NCBI GenBank assembly: GCA_947475545.1
Contig: CANJLL010000002.1
Coordinates: forward strand, 144,950-208,949
Length of the DNA stretch: 64,000 nt
Source of the DNA: Chloroflexota bacterium
Lineage (GTDB): Bacteria > Chloroflexota > Limnocylindria > Limnocylindrales > CSP1-4
Direction: 5' to 3'
A program made the translations under genes and the position numbers. The stretch's first letter is position 1. The number at the start of each line of letters is the position of its first letter. Shown one piece after another: positions 9,370-19,247 of the stretch. Below the pieces are notes generated by a model. It worked only from the letters and a program-made list of their open reading frames with translations, had not been told where the DNA came from and ran no database searches.

Positions 9370-10407
9370 ATGACGATCACCAAGTCGGGAAGAGGACGTC
9401 CCAGCCGGGCGTACGTCCTCGCCCAGGTCGACATCGGGATGCAGGATCTCGCGCGAGCCGGAGGGCTCCCAAGCCCAACCGAGAACGAGCAGATCTGGCG
9501 TGACATCTGGTTCGAGGAGGCTCACCACAGCACGGCCATCGAAGGCAACACCCTCGTGCTGAAGGAGGTCCGAACCCTCCTCGCCGAGGGTCGGTCCGTC
9601 GGGAACAAGGAGCTCTGCGAGTACCTCGACGTTCAAGGCTATGCCAGGGCGGCCGAATGGGTCTACTCGCAGGCCTTGGGACCGGGTGACGCGGCGTGGG
9701 AGGGCAGGGGGCGCATCTCCCGAACGGAGCTCCGCGAGATCCATCGCCTGGCCGTTGGCCTTTCCTGGGACGTCTGTCCGCCGGACCACCCGCCACTCGA
9801 TCCGCGCGAGCGGGCCGGCAGCTGGCGCGTCCACGACATCGCGGCGTTCGCCGATGGCATGGTCCCACCGCCCTGGACGGAGGTGGACGCCCGGGTCTCG
9901 GACCGGCTCGCCGCCATCGATGCGGGACCCGGTGAGGGCGAGCACATCCTCGTCCACCTCGCGCGGATGCACAACGGGTTCGAGCGCATCCACCCGTTCC
10001 GCGACGGCAATGGGCGCGCCGGACGCCTGGTCCTGAACCTGCTGCTGGTTCGGGCAGGCTACCCGCCCACGGTCGTGCGCAAGGCCGGGCGGACTCGCTA
10101 CCTGCTCGCCATGCGCAGGGCCGACCGGGATGATCCCGGGCCGCTCGCCGAGCTGATCGCCCGCGGCGTCAAGGAGAGCCTGGACCGGTTCCTCCTCCCC
10201 AACCTGGCTGGGCCCGTGAAGCTGCTACCCCTGTCGGCACTCGAACGTCCCGGCCTGACGGTGAGGGGCCTTCGTTCCGCCGCCGAAAAGGGCACGCTGC
10301 GCGCGCAGCGTGACGGCGCCGGGCGGTGGATGAGCAGCGCCCGCTGGATCGACGAGTACCGCGCGGCCAGGCGAATGGGACGCCCGCCGAAGGCGCCCGA
10401 GGCATGA
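9370..10407 (+). CDS. Fic family protein (class II type) with a C-terminal wHTH-like tail
   Basis: Inhibitory motif STAIEGN and catalytic motif HPFRDGNGRAGR. Confidence 0.9.
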   Translation: MTITKSGRGRPSRAYVLAQVDIGMQDLARAGGLPSPTENEQIWRDIWFEEAHHSTAIEGNTLVLKEVRTLLAEGRSVGNKELCEYLDVQGYARAAEWVYSQALGPGDAAWEGRGRISRTELREIHRLAVGLSWDVCPPDHPPLDPRERAGSWRVHDIAAFADGMVPPPWTEVDARVSDRLAAIDAGPGEGEHILVHLARMHNGFERIHPFRDGNGRAGRLVLNLLLVRAGYPPTVVRKAGRTRYLLAMRRADRDDPGPLAELIARGVKESLDRFLLPNLAGPVKLLPLSALERPGLTVRGLRSAAEKGTLRAQRDGAGRWMSSARWIDEYRAARRMGRPPKAPEA

Positions 10408-11648
10408 GCCGGGCCCGCCCCGGGCCGGACAACAACGCCGGCCTCCGCCTCGCCCTGGCCGAGCGCCTGGCCCTCGTCGGCGCCCACCCCGACGACCCCG
10501 ATGAGCTGAGCGCCCGCAAGGCCACGCTGGTCATCGCCACCACCCTGGTCGTGGTGCTCGCGACCGTGTGGGTGGGCATGTACCTGGCGTTGGGTCTGCC
10601 CGGCTCCGCGGCCATCCCATTCGCGTACCAGCTGCTCTCGATCACGGGGCTGGTGTTGTTCGCCCGAACGCGCAGCTGGGCCCGCTTCCGCGCCAGCCAG
10701 CTCTTCCTGATCACGCTGCTGCCGTTCGCGCTGCAATGGAGCCTGGGTGGCTACGGGGCCAGCAGCGCGGTGAGCCTCTGGGCGCTGGAGGGCGCGCTGG
10801 GGGCGCCGTTCTTCCTGCCGGCGGCCGAGGCCGTCCCCTGGTTCGTCCTGTTCGTGGGGCTCACCGTGGTCTCCGGGCTCATCGACCCCGCGCTGGCCGC
10901 CCATCCCGCCGCCATCCCGGGCGCCCTCCGGACGGCCTTCTACGTCCTCAATGTCACCGGCGTTTCGCTGACCGCGTTCCTGCTGCTCCAGTACTCCGTG
11001 CGCGCCCGCGAGGCAGCGCTGGCACGCTCAGACAGCCTGCTGCTCAACATCCTGCCCGCCACCATCGCCCGCCGGCTCAAGCGGAGCACCGGCATCATCG
11101 CCCAGGATCACCCGGACGTGACGGTTCTGTTTGCGGACGTCGCCGGGTTCACCCCGTTCGTCCAGCGGACGTCCGCCGCGGAGGTGATCGGCGTGCTCAA
11201 CGATGTGTTCAGCGCCTTCGACCGCCTAGCCGAGCGCCACGGGCTGGAGAAGATCAAGACGATCGGCGACGCGTACATGGTGGTGGCCGGGGTGCCGGAG
11301 CCGCGGGCGGATCACGCGCAGGCGGCCGCCGACTTTGCCCTCGAGATGCAGTCGGCCATGGCCGAGGTCAGCCGTTCGCACGGCCTCGACCTGCAGGTCC
11401 GCGTCGGGATGGCTACCGGGCCCGTGATCGCCGGCGTCATCGGCGAGCGCAAGTTCGCCTACGACGTCTGGGGCGATACCGTGAACACGGCGAGCCGGAT
11501 GGAATCGCACGGGATCCCCGGGCGCATCCAGGTGACGGAGGCCATACACGCGGCGCTGCGCGACGAGTTCCGCTTCGAGCAGCGCGGCGAGATCGAGGTC
11601 AAGGGCAAGGGTCCCATGCGGACCTGGCTGCTGGTGGGACGGGCGTAG
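10404..11648 (+). CDS. Membrane-bound class III adenylate cyclase
   Basis: About six TM helices, then VLFADVAGFT, EKIKTIGDAYM and YDVWGDTVNTASRMES. ATGA overlap with the Fic gene. Confidence 0.92.
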   Translation: MSRARPGPDNNAGLRLALAERLALVGAHPDDPDELSARKATLVIATTLVVVLATVWVGMYLALGLPGSAAIPFAYQLLSITGLVLFARTRSWARFRASQLFLITLLPFALQWSLGGYGASSAVSLWALEGALGAPFFLPAAEAVPWFVLFVGLTVVSGLIDPALAAHPAAIPGALRTAFYVLNVTGVSLTAFLLLQYSVRAREAALARSDSLLLNILPATIARRLKRSTGIIAQDHPDVTVLFADVAGFTPFVQRTSAAEVIGVLNDVFSAFDRLAERHGLEKIKTIGDAYMVVAGVPEPRADHAQAAADFALEMQSAMAEVSRSHGLDLQVRVGMATGPVIAGVIGERKFAYDVWGDTVNTASRMESHGIPGRIQVTEAIHAALRDEFRFEQRGEIEVKGKGPMRTWLLVGRA

Positions 11649-11955
11649 CGCCGAGGACCGGCTGGCCCGTCAGGGCGGCCAGGGTCAGGCCGACGAGGGC
11701 TAGGACGAAGGGCGCTAGACGCTCACGCATTCCTGGGTTCGAATTCCTGATCTGATCCACTCGTCCTCCTTGCCGGGAGGATACGGCCGAGCCGATGGAA
11801 GAGCACGTGCACCAGCCCCGGCGGGGCTGGCTTCGGTGGTAGGCTGGCGCCCGAACGTGGTGTCCCAGCGTCGGGGCCCTCCGCGGTCGACCGTCGCGCG
11901 CCTGCACGAGCGCCGCCGGATCATCGCTGAACGCCAACCTGGTGGAACCCGACCG

Positions 11956-12807
11956 ATGCCCTTCGCGCGACGACAGTCAGAGACGATCGAGGACGTGATC
12001 GCCGTCATGGATGGCATCATCGAGGCCGCGATCCTCCATCCCAACCGGCTCGGCTACTTCGCCTCGCTGTATCGCGCAGTCACCGTCGTCGTCAAGGAAC
12101 GTTGCGACGCCGCCGACCTGTTCGACGACAACGACCGGATGCGCCGGCTGGACATCGTGTTCGCCAACCGGTACTTCGACGCCTTCTTCGCCGAACACGA
12201 CGGAGGAAGCTGCACGGGCGCCTGGAAGGCGGCGTTCGACAATGCCCCCGACCGGCGCATGCTCATCCTCCAGCATCTCCTCCTGGGGGTGAACGCCCAC
12301 ATCGCCCTCGATCTGGGGATTGCCGCCGCCACGATCGCCCGGGAGTACGACGGCCTGACCCAGTCGCTGGAAGACGACTTCACCCGCCTGAACCACCTGC
12401 TGGGCAGCATGGTGGACATGGTTCAACAGGACATCGGCGAGCTGTCGCCCTTGATCAAGTACGCCGACCGGTTGACGTGGCGTGTCGATGAAGCATTCGT
12501 GAGCTTCAGCATCAACATCGCCCGGAACAAGGCGTGGGCCTTCGCGCGCAGCCTGGTCGAGCTCCCGGCTGCCGACTGGAATCAGGCGATCACGGCCCGT
12601 GATGCCAAGGTGGAGCGGTTCGGCCGGCATGTGATCGGGGGGCGCACGGTTCCGTTCGCACCGCTCGTCTGGATCGTCAACCTGCGTGAAAGCAAGGATG
12701 TCCGCCGCGTCGTCACGACGCTCAGCAGCGAGACGTCGCAGGCGATGGTCCGTCAGCGCCTGGCAGTATCGCCAGCGCCACGAAACCCAGGGGTGCCGAC
12801 GGGTTGA
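11956..12807 (+). CDS. DUF5995-family protein
   Basis: LGYFASLYRAVT, FANRYFDA and QHLLLGVNAHIALDL. Confidence 0.75.
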   Translation: MPFARRQSETIEDVIAVMDGIIEAAILHPNRLGYFASLYRAVTVVVKERCDAADLFDDNDRMRRLDIVFANRYFDAFFAEHDGGSCTGAWKAAFDNAPDRRMLILQHLLLGVNAHIALDLGIAAATIAREYDGLTQSLEDDFTRLNHLLGSMVDMVQQDIGELSPLIKYADRLTWRVDEAFVSFSINIARNKAWAFARSLVELPAADWNQAITARDAKVERFGRHVIGGRTVPFAPLVWIVNLRESKDVRRVVTTLSSETSQAMVRQRLAVSPAPRNPGVPTG

Positions 12808-12954
12808 CGCCGGCGTGGCTGGCGCGGGCTGCGATGCCCGGCTGACGACGCGCCCGCGCCACAGGCGAACCCAACGGCCAGCTGATCGGTCATGGAGTCT
12901 CGATTGGCCGACTTGAGTCGAGCTCCACGGACACCTGGTCCGGGAGGTGGCCCG

Positions 12955-13287
12955 TCAGGGAATCTCGTCCGCGGCCTCGAGCCTGGGCCGCCGGCGGCTT
13001 GGACGGGCGTCGGCGTCCTGCAGTCGCCGGCCGAGCAGGTCATCGGCCGCGAGGTGGTCCAGGTCTGCCTCCAGGCCCAGGACCCCCAGCGCGCGGACCA
13101 GGACACCCAGGCTCACGGTCATGTCGCCGCGCTCAAGCGAGCGCAGGGTGGGGCGAGACACCCCGATCCGCTCGGCCATCTCGGTCGCCGACATGCGCCG
13201 ACGAAGACGAGCGTGGCGAATGCGCTCGCCGAGGTTGGACGCCAGCCGCCGGTAGCGCGGGTAGAGGGGCGGAACCTGGTTCGGCAT
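12955..13287 (-). CDS. XRE-family HTH protein (HipB-like)
   Basis: LGERIRHARLRRRMSATEMAERIGVSRPTLRSLERGD..LAADDLLGRRLQD. Confidence 0.85.
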   Translation of the reverse strand: MPNQVPPLYPRYRRLASNLGERIRHARLRRRMSATEMAERIGVSRPTLRSLERGDMTVSLGVLVRALGVLGLEADLDHLAADDLLGRRLQDADARPSRRRPRLEAADEIP

Positions 13288-13687
13288 GGCAAACAACATA
13301 TCCGTTAGCGCCACTACCGACAACTCTATCGTCCACTCTGAGCGCCTGACGCGGCGGAGCGCACAGCGCCGCGGTCGATCATCCGATGCGGCTGTCGCCA
13401 CAGGGTGCGGTTCGCCACGTAGCAGCCGGGATGGCGTTGCGCGCCGGTTCGGAACTGATTCCCGTCCCTCAGCAGTGGACGTGGTGGTACGTCCGCCCGG
13501 GGCGTCGGCAGGCGGCCAAACTCCCGGCCGCCACGCTCAGGAGCGCGGCTCGGACGCCGGGAAGGACCGCTCCATTCGGTTACCACCACGGGGAGTGGGA
13601 GGCGGGGGGAAGCCCGCGCGAAGGCGGCGGCTGGGGCCCCCGGGCGCCCAGGAAGGTCAGACTCCGGCAACCCGGCGCCCGGCGTGC

Positions 13688-14191
13688 CTACATCGACGTG
13701 GGTAGCTTCCCCTGGATGCCCAGCACCTTCTTGCCCAGGCGATGCGCGAAGTCACTGGTCTGGCCGTACATCAGCGGGCAGGCGCCGGCGATGCAGTCCA
13801 TCCCGGCCTCCTTGCAGGCCGTGTGGGCTTCGTCCGTGAGCGAGCCCTCGCCGAACGAGTCGTGCATCCAGACCCGGGTGATCCCCAGGTGCCAGCACTC
13901 CGCGACCACCGCCGCGGTCCGAGCCTTGGGCGTGGCGATGACCACCGCGTCGACGCCATCGGGGATGGCCGACAGGTTGGGGTAGCAGGCGTCGCCGTCG
14001 ATGCTGAAGGAGACGGGGTTGACGGCGAAGACCTCGTAGCCGCGCTCCTTGAGGCGGCCGTAGATCATGTTGGCGCCGTGCTTCCCCACGCCCTCGCGCG
14101 AGACGCCGGCGATGGCGATGCGCCTCTGGGCCAGGAAGTCATTGATGGCCTGGTCGACGCTGAGCTTTGGCTTCTGCGTGAGCGGCGGCAT
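13688..14191 (-). CDS. CoA-binding protein (YccU-like)
   Basis: IAIAGVSR, GYEVFAVNP, CYPNLSAIP..VDAVVI, RVWMH and ACPLM. Confidence 0.9.
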   Translation of the reverse strand: MPPLTQKPKLSVDQAINDFLAQRRIAIAGVSREGVGKHGANMIYGRLKERGYEVFAVNPVSFSIDGDACYPNLSAIPDGVDAVVIATPKARTAAVVAECWHLGITRVWMHDSFGEGSLTDEAHTACKEAGMDCIAGACPLMYGQTSDFAHRLGKKVLGIQGKLPTSM

Positions 14192-14812
14192 GGGGACCTA
14201 CCTCGCTGACCCGGGCTGCGCCGTAGCTCCCGCAACCCGCGGACTCCTGTCCGCCCACGGTACGCCTTCCCCCGCCATGACGGGCCAGTGCCCAAGTACC
14301 CATGCCGCGGGGGCCGGATGGACGGGTTACGGGACCGCGCCACGCGGGATCGGGCCGGCGGCGCCTTGCGGCGGCGGATCTTCCGGCCGACCCGAGGCGC
14401 CAGGCAGGTTGGCGCATCGGGATGTTCCCCCCGGATACAACCTGACGAGAATCGCGCTACCGATCGGGCTTCGGGGTCGACATTTGCCGGGTCGACCCCC
14501 CAACTCCGGTGATTCTGTACCGGCAAGGAACCAATTCGGCGATTTCTGGCCTCTTGGGCCTGCCAGTGGGGGAATCAACGACAGGTTGTCCTCCACGGGA
14601 ACATCCGTCGGGCCGGACGGCCCGGACGGGGTCCGCGTGGCCCGGCTCCGCATGGCAAGTGCCACGGACCCGCTCCGCATGGCCCGCGTCGGCGGGGGCC
14701 CGATCGCGAAGCGCGCGACGGAGCATCGGGCCGAACGCCAACGGCATCGGGCGGGCGCTGGTACTTCCGGGTCGTGGTGCGGATTGCGGCGGACTGCGAC
14801 GGTCCGGGTGCG

Positions 14813-16354
14813 ATGTTTCCCGGCCGTCACCCCAGCCCCAGCCGGTTGGCGGCCTCTCCAGACAACGTACGCCGAGGTCCCCGCTTGCCCCAGTTCGCGC
14901 CCAGGCGCGCCCGTGGCCTCACGCGCGCACGCGCCGTCGTCCTGGTGGCGGCATCGATGCTCGCCCTGCTCACACCCTCGGCCGCCTCCGCCGCCTCCCC
15001 GCAGCCGTTCCCCGGCTACCAGCCCGCCTTCGTGACCGAGCGCGAAGACGGGCCCTGGCGGGACTGCGTCTGGGCGTCCGCCGCGATGCTCCTGGACAAG
15101 TGGACGAGCGGGGAGACGATCGTCAGCCGCCAGCGGCTCCGGGCCCTGTCCGGCGATGGTCAGGGCGGCTCGGGCCTCAGGGAGGTGCGGGCCGCGTTTG
15201 CGCGGCTGGGATTCCGCCTCACGATCTCGCCGTACGACAGCGTGGCCATCGACTGGCCCGATCTCCTGGATCGCCTTGCCGCGGGCGGCGGGGCGATCCT
15301 GCTGGGCGACGACGGCCTGCTGCCGGCCCAGTTCGGCCGGTGGGATCCCGTCTTCTGGGGCCGAACCGGCGACCTGGACGACCATGCGCTCTACCTGGAC
15401 GGCTACGACCGGGAGACCGGCAGGATCCTGGTCATGGACCCGCTGGCTCCCGCCGACTGGGGCGGTGAATGGATCCCCGTCTCGGCGCTCAAGCGGTTTG
15501 CCTGGCGGAACGGCAACGGCGCCCTCTCGGTGGCCATCACGCCGCCCGCGCTGACATCGTCGTTCCAGGGCGTCACGCTGGGGGCCCCAACGGCCACAGC
15601 CGATGCCGCCGCGGTGCATCTGGCGTGGCCGATCGGGGCCGCTCCCGCCGGGTGGACCGACCAGGGCACCAGGCTCACCACGCAGATCGTGCCGGTCGAG
15701 GTCATGGACCCGCTGGCCTGGATCGTGAGGGCGCTCCCCGCGAACGCCGCCGCCCGTCTGCGGGCGGACGCCGTCATGTCCAGTGCCGACGGGTTGCTCA
15801 GGGCTTCGATCCCGCTGCCGGCGGCGTCGGGGATCTACAGCGTCTCCGTCTCGCTGGCGGATCAGGTCCTGGGCCAGCTGGTGGCCGCCGCCGGGCCGTT
15901 CAACCTGTATTTCCCCGGCCCGCGAGCGGCCGCCTACGAGATCCCCGACCGCGTCGTGGCCGCCGCCGGGTCGCTGGCGTATATCCCCGTCAGGGTCACC
16001 AATGCGGGCAGCGAATCATGGGCGGAAGTGCCGTTCGTTCCCTGGCTGTCACCCGTCGACCAGGGCTGTCGGAACATGCGGCTGACCGGTAGCTGGGTGC
16101 GCGATCCGTCCACGACGCCCGCGGGCGCCGCCTTGCCAAGGCCGCCCGCGTCCTTCGACCTGGGCGCCCTCCACCTGGAAGCCGGCGACTCGAAGACGAT
16201 CGATGCCGCCGTCCGAATGCCGGTGAACGCGGGCTCCTGGCGGCTGGTCTTCGACCTGGTCGACGACCTTGGCCAATCGCTGGCGGTCACGGGCTCGGCG
16301 CCCGGGGTGATCATCGTGGAGACGGTTGGGCCAGGGCCGGTGGGCGGGCAGTAG
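14813..16354 (+). CDS. Secreted C39-like (papain-fold) peptidase domain protein with a C-terminal Ig-like domain
   Basis: Signal-like VVLVAASMLALLTPSAASA; WRDCVWASAAM (Cys), DHALYLDGYD (His) and VMDPLA (Asp). Ig-like VRVTNAGSESW..GSWRLVFDLVD. Start uncertain. Confidence 0.6.
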   Translation: MFPGRHPSPSRLAASPDNVRRGPRLPQFAPRRARGLTRARAVVLVAASMLALLTPSAASAASPQPFPGYQPAFVTEREDGPWRDCVWASAAMLLDKWTSGETIVSRQRLRALSGDGQGGSGLREVRAAFARLGFRLTISPYDSVAIDWPDLLDRLAAGGGAILLGDDGLLPAQFGRWDPVFWGRTGDLDDHALYLDGYDRETGRILVMDPLAPADWGGEWIPVSALKRFAWRNGNGALSVAITPPALTSSFQGVTLGAPTATADAAAVHLAWPIGAAPAGWTDQGTRLTTQIVPVEVMDPLAWIVRALPANAAARLRADAVMSSADGLLRASIPLPAASGIYSVSVSLADQVLGQLVAAAGPFNLYFPGPRAAAYEIPDRVVAAAGSLAYIPVRVTNAGSESWAEVPFVPWLSPVDQGCRNMRLTGSWVRDPSTTPAGAALPRPPASFDLGALHLEAGDSKTIDAAVRMPVNAGSWRLVFDLVDDLGQSLAVTGSAPGVIIVETVGPGPVGGQ

Positions 16355-16358
16355 GGAT

Positions 16359-17126
16359 CTAACCCGCTGTGATTGGTTTGAGGACGAAGACTATGGCCCT
16401 GTACTCGCGACCGTCTTTGACAGTCCGCTCAGCCTCATGCCTGAGATACTCAAACCGACCACCGTAGCGGTAGACCTCGCCGAGCTTCTGGAAGAGGTGC
16501 AGTCGGGGACTTCGGTCAATCACGGCTCGGTTGTGGGCCGTCAAGACCATGTCTCCCTCACCGCTCCACGCGCCGTAGTAGCGGTACAACCCAGCCTCCC
16601 AGCGGTCTCGGTATCCATGCTCGTGGGCGGCATTGGGGTCAGAAAAGAGCATGGTGAAGGCGGCGCCGGCTGGAGAACTGATTCCCGTCTGGCGATTGCC
16701 ACCGAACCGATCATGTAGGTGCGTCCGCCGATATGTGTCACCAACAACGAGCGCGCCTTCGGGATCCGCGAGCGGCCCGTCATGGGCCACAACGCGTGGC
16801 TTTCGTTTGTCGGGCCGGGTCGGCGCCCCCAGCTGACCCAGAACGGCCTCCAGGTCGCGTTCAACCTGTGACGATAGGGGCGATCGAAGGGCTGCTCGTA
16901 GGCAACGGACCGCCTCGACGCCTGCTCCGAATTCGGCGGTGCGCGCGATTGTTCGGACGGCGAACGCCGCCATGACCGGATCTCGCAGCCAAGGTTCCAG
17001 CGCGGCGATCGCTGCCGCGCCATGTTTGGCAATGGGGTCACGAAACTCAATCCTCACGGCCGGAGGAGATTCGGTCGCACCAACCATCGCCTGGTGAAGC
17101 GTTAGGTCACTCGGATCGATTGGCAC
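16359..17126 (-). CDS. SRA/PUA-like modified-DNA-reader domain protein without a nuclease domain
   Basis: C-terminal YRRTHLHDRFGGNRQTGIS..LFSD..HGYRDRW..YRYYG..GDM..NRAV..LHLF..YRYGGRF..RAIVFVL resembles the SRA-like domain of ScoMcrA-type HNH enzymes. GTG overlaps the upstream TAG. Confidence 0.65.
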   Translation of the reverse strand: MPIDPSDLTLHQAMVGATESPPAVRIEFRDPIAKHGAAAIAALEPWLRDPVMAAFAVRTIARTAEFGAGVEAVRCLRAALRSPLSSQVERDLEAVLGQLGAPTRPDKRKPRVVAHDGPLADPEGALVVGDTYRRTHLHDRFGGNRQTGISSPAGAAFTMLFSDPNAAHEHGYRDRWEAGLYRYYGAWSGEGDMVLTAHNRAVIDRSPRLHLFQKLGEVYRYGGRFEYLRHEAERTVKDGREYRAIVFVLKPITAG

Positions 17127-19036
17127 TAGTCGAGCTCCCGGAAGCCCGACGCGACGAGGAACTCGTAGGTTTCGTCCCACAGTGGCGCCGGCGGGACGAA
17201 CACGACGTTTGCGTCTCGAGCCCTGGTGAGCAGCACGCGGTAGGCATTGACTCTCAGCTGGCGAGCATCACGGATCCGCTGCGGTTGCTGGTACCGCTTC
17301 GCTCGGCTCGTGTCCCAGCGGCCGCCCTTACGGATGAAGTCGGCGCCCCATGCGACGAGAGCGGCGTCGAGCTCTAGGCCCTGAGCTCCGAATTCGGTAA
17401 CGCAAGTTCGAAGTGCGCGGCATGACCGACCGAGGTAGTCGGCATCGCCCTCGACGTACCACGGGCCATATTCAAAGCGCTGAAACCGACCCTGGCTCTG
17501 GTTAGGAATGCCGAAGCGGAACAACTCCTTGTCGCGCGCACTCGCCACAATCCCAAACCTGGCGTCAGGATCACCATCGTATCGACCTCGCAGATACGCC
17601 TTCGCTTGATCGAGATCTCGCGTCACCCGGAGGTGGTGCCCCTGGCCTTCGAGGCGGCGTGCGAGGTCCCCAAGATCCTCGGCGGCCTCGTCGCCGACAA
17701 GGGTCCCGACGAAGCGATCGATCTCAGTGGCCAGATGAAAGCGGATCGCCACGTCGAGGTGCAAGGCGGACGACCTGTGAAATGAGCCATACCCGTCAAA
17801 TGTCACCGCGACCTGAGAAGGTCCGTGGACGGTCCAACCTCCCCCCGATCCATCGACCGCAGCGCGCCATTGGCGGAGTCCGCCCTCCTCACCAATGTGG
17901 ATCTCCTGGCCCTGGCCGATGAGACCGATGACGACGCACCAACCCGGAACCCGCTCGGCGAACTCAAGGAAGTGTTCGGGTTCCGATCGGCCATCTCCGC
18001 GCCCACCATGCTTCTCCGCGACCTGGGCGGCGTCCCACGCCCGTTGTGCCTCGTCGTAGATCAGGACGTGCTCGCCCGGGATCAGGGATGGATTCCGTGT
18101 ATAGCGCTCCACGTAGTCCTTGACGCCGCGGACGAAGGCCTTACCCCCGCCCCCAGAGCCGCGAAACTCGTATTGGAGAACTTCCACGAGGGGGCCGTTG
18201 CCCGACAGGTATACGCCGGGTGGCAGCTTCCGGCCATCCTGCCGTGCGACGGCGAGGTCGTCGAGGTACCGGGCATGGGCCACCTGGAGGCCGACGAGCG
18301 TCTTCCCGGCTCCAGGAACTCCGGTGAGGAGGATCAGGCGACGGGTCCCCGTCGCCGCGGCCTCGTGGATGATTCGATTGACTTCGTCCAGAGCCGGCTT
18401 GGTGTTCATCGCCGCGCGGTGAACACGCCGCAACGTCCCGCTGTCAAACAGCTCACGCGCCGCTTCGACGATGGTTGGCAGAGGAGAGTAGGCCTCGGCC
18501 GCAAGGAACCGCTCGGGATCGATCGGAGGAAGCTGGCCTCGATCGATCTCATCGACCAGCCCATCGATGGCGTCGAGGCCCACGACTTGAACGCCGGCGA
18601 TCTCCCCCATGCGCCCAGATGCGCGAGTCAGGACCAGCACGGGGTGCACGGCCCGGTTGTGGCACTCCGCGTGATAGGCCAGCAGGTCCCGCGCATAACC
18701 GGCGGCTTGATCGACGTCGGCGAGAATTGCTGCTCCCTTGCCCTTGACCTCCAGAACGAGCACGGCACCCGACGCAAGAAAGATCACGTCCGGCCGTCGT
18801 CGCTCCATCGGCAGCTCGTACTCAAGAATGGCGGAGTAGTCGGCGGACGGCGCATATCTGGCCATCACCTCGCTTACTTCGCGCTGCAGTGGAGAAATGG
18901 AGTCATCCCAGGCCCGAATCTGCTCGGGCGAGGCGTCACGGATGAATTGCTCAAGCGAGCCGCGAATCACAACTGGCGACGTTGCCCGAAACTCTTGCCA
19001 TGGGGACGCCCAGCCATAGCGAGCTACCTCGGTCAT
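17126..19036 (-). CDS. DUF2075 (Schlafen group 3-like) SF1 helicase with an N-terminal PD-(D/E)xK nuclease-like domain
   Basis: LEYELP..RRPDVI..VLEVKG..DQAAGYARDL; Walker A GVPGAGKT; Walker B IYDEAQR; GQGQEIH; TEFGAQGLELD; NAYRVLLTRAR. Confidence 0.88.
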   Translation of the reverse strand: MTEVARYGWASPWQEFRATSPVVIRGSLEQFIRDASPEQIRAWDDSISPLQREVSEVMARYAPSADYSAILEYELPMERRRPDVIFLASGAVLVLEVKGKGAAILADVDQAAGYARDLLAYHAECHNRAVHPVLVLTRASGRMGEIAGVQVVGLDAIDGLVDEIDRGQLPPIDPERFLAAEAYSPLPTIVEAARELFDSGTLRRVHRAAMNTKPALDEVNRIIHEAAATGTRRLILLTGVPGAGKTLVGLQVAHARYLDDLAVARQDGRKLPPGVYLSGNGPLVEVLQYEFRGSGGGGKAFVRGVKDYVERYTRNPSLIPGEHVLIYDEAQRAWDAAQVAEKHGGRGDGRSEPEHFLEFAERVPGWCVVIGLIGQGQEIHIGEEGGLRQWRAAVDGSGGGWTVHGPSQVAVTFDGYGSFHRSSALHLDVAIRFHLATEIDRFVGTLVGDEAAEDLGDLARRLEGQGHHLRVTRDLDQAKAYLRGRYDGDPDARFGIVASARDKELFRFGIPNQSQGRFQRFEYGPWYVEGDADYLGRSCRALRTCVTEFGAQGLELDAALVAWGADFIRKGGRWDTSRAKRYQQPQRIRDARQLRVNAYRVLLTRARDANVVFVPPAPLWDETYEFLVASGFRELD

Positions 19037-19247
19037 GGCTCCTCCTCTTCGTCCCGACTCGTCTGAGTTTCGACCGCACCGAAGGTAACCCGTGGCGCAA
19101 GCCCGGAGTGTCCCAACCCGTCAGTCATCTGACCAGGCGCCGGCTGGCACGTCGGCGCCGTCCGGCCTGTTCTCGGACGGCCACCCCGTACTGATCCCGC
19201 TGGCCGTGTCAGGCGAGGTGGCACCTGCTGGCCGCAGACTACCGCGC

